Below are positions 30,741-32,000 of a stretch of DNA of 32,000 bases, in pieces. Below the pieces are notes generated by a model. That model did no database searches, was not told the DNA's origin, and saw only the letters and a list, made by a program, of their open reading frames with translations. The stretch lies in contig NZ_CP006932.1 of assembly GCF_000582535.1 (NCBI RefSeq), positions 1 through 32,000 of the forward strand. Direction: 5' to 3'. This DNA comes from Candidatus Saccharimonadota bacterium. Its GTDB lineage: Bacteria; Bacillota_I; Bacilli_A; Mycoplasmatales; Hepatoplasmataceae. Position numbers and translations under genes: made by a program. The first letter of the stretch is position 1. Each line of letters opens with the position of its first letter.

Positions 30741-32000
30741 ATGAAAAAGCAAAAGTATTTAGAATGATTAAATATCATTGGTTTAGTTTTAATCTTAATT
30801 CTAGTAATTATAATGATAGCTTTACAGGATTATATAGTTATTCTATTATCAATTGCTTTTTTAATTTTATTTATTTTTTTTATTGTTGACATAATTTATT
30901 ATTTTTATACTGGATTTATCAATGAACAAAAAATCAGTAAATTAATTCCAGATATTGAAAGTCAAATTGAAAGAAATTTTAAATATGGTTATTTAATATA
31001 TGATGAAAATGATCGAATAATTTTTATTAGTAATTATTTATCTCTAGTGGGTTTTAATCGTTTATTAGGAAAAAGAATTACTGATTTAAAATTAAATGAA
31101 AAACAACAAGCAAAATCAGAATTTTTATTTGATAATAAAAATTACGAAACAATTAAATTAATTAAAAAAAGAATAATTCTTTTTAGAGATATTTCGGAAA
31201 TATCAGCATATCGCGAGCAAATTAATAGTAATTGAATTTCTGTATTTTATATTGATAAATATTATGATCAGAAAATGGCAGAAGATGAATTAAAAAGAAT
31301 TTCAATTGATGTTAAAATTAATTCCTTTTTAAGAGAATGAATTTTGAAGAATAGAGGAATTTTTAAAATTGAAGGAGCAAATGATAAAAATGTACTTTTA
31401 ATTTCCAAATGAAAATATTTACATGAAGATATTTTAAATGAAAAACTTTTAAATGATCTTATTAAAATTATGAATGAAGAAGAACGAAAAAATGTTTCAA
31501 TTTCAATTGGTTGTTCTTATGGTAATTTTGAATTAAATAAATTATCAGAAAGAGCAAAAAAATCTTTAGAACTTTCAAAAATGCGTGGAGGTAATCAAAT
31601 TACAATTTTCCATGCAGATAATCGTTTGGAAAATGTCGGTGAAAAATCAACAAATGTAACTGAACAAAATATTCGAAATCTAACAATATTTGCTGAAAAT
31701 TTAAACAATAATTTAAATAAATATTCTAATTTTATTATTATTTCCCACGATAATGCTGATATTGATGCTGTTGTTTCTTCAATTGCAATTGCAAGATATA
31801 TAAATCATTTTTCAATTAAAGCAGAAATTTTAATTTATAATTTTGATAATTCTGCAAGTAAATTATTTGCTAATCTTTCAGAAAATTTAAAAAGATTATT
31901 TATTGATCCAAGAGAACTTAAAAATCGTTTAAATAATAAAACAGGAATTTTTATTATGGATGTTTCAAATACAGTTTTAATTAAAGAATGAAATGAAATT
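30741..32000 (+). CDS. gdpP: GdpP-like DHH-family c-di-AMP phosphodiesterase, 5' partial (runs off the window end)
   Basis: Track ORFs 30813 and 31470 are in frame 3 and are joined by TGA=Trp from ATG 30741. It has two N-terminal TM helices, a degenerate GGDEF-like 'MRGGNQITIF', and DHH motif I 'IISHDNADIDAVVSSIA'. Its position after rpsR matches the Firmicutes yybT/gdpP locus. Confidence 0.8.

Overview
This is a very AT-rich Mollicutes-type chromosome segment that begins exactly at the dnaA ATG, so it lies in the replication-origin region. The supplied ORF track used the standard code and splits almost every real gene at TGA. Reading TGA as Trp (translation table 4) joins the same-frame fragments into 23 intact CDSs. 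I checked the joins codon by codon for TAA/TAG in dnaA, nagA, the 7491 gene, both RCC1-like genes, tilS and the 22390-23640 part of the permease. The other joins rest on shared frame plus spot checks at the TGA junctions.

The core genes are dnaA-dnaN, a GlcNAc utilisation operon (PTS EIICB, nagA, nagB), and rsmA-prs-pth-tilS-hpt-ftsH. They continue with a MacB/FtsX-type ABC permease plus ATPase, lysS, a degenerate AsnA-like ORF, rpsF-ssb-rpsR, and the 5' part of a GdpP-like c-di-AMP phosphodiesterase.

An accessory block of about 8.5 kb sits between nagB and rsmA (about 7362-15965). It holds an 833-aa DUF262/GmrSD-like putative defence protein with an extra N-terminal domain and an apparently altered C-terminal nuclease motif. 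It also holds two tandem paralogous minus-strand genes of 936 and 927 aa. Each encodes a signal-anchored, seven-bladed RCC1-like beta-propeller in which most blades carry a DxNxDGxxD calcium-loop-like insert, followed by FN3-like beta-sandwich modules. The two paralogs share a duplicated promoter/5' leader and show patchy blocks of about 97% identity. This pair is the most unusual content of the window.

I recognised no rRNA, tRNA, CRISPR array, transposase or integrase.
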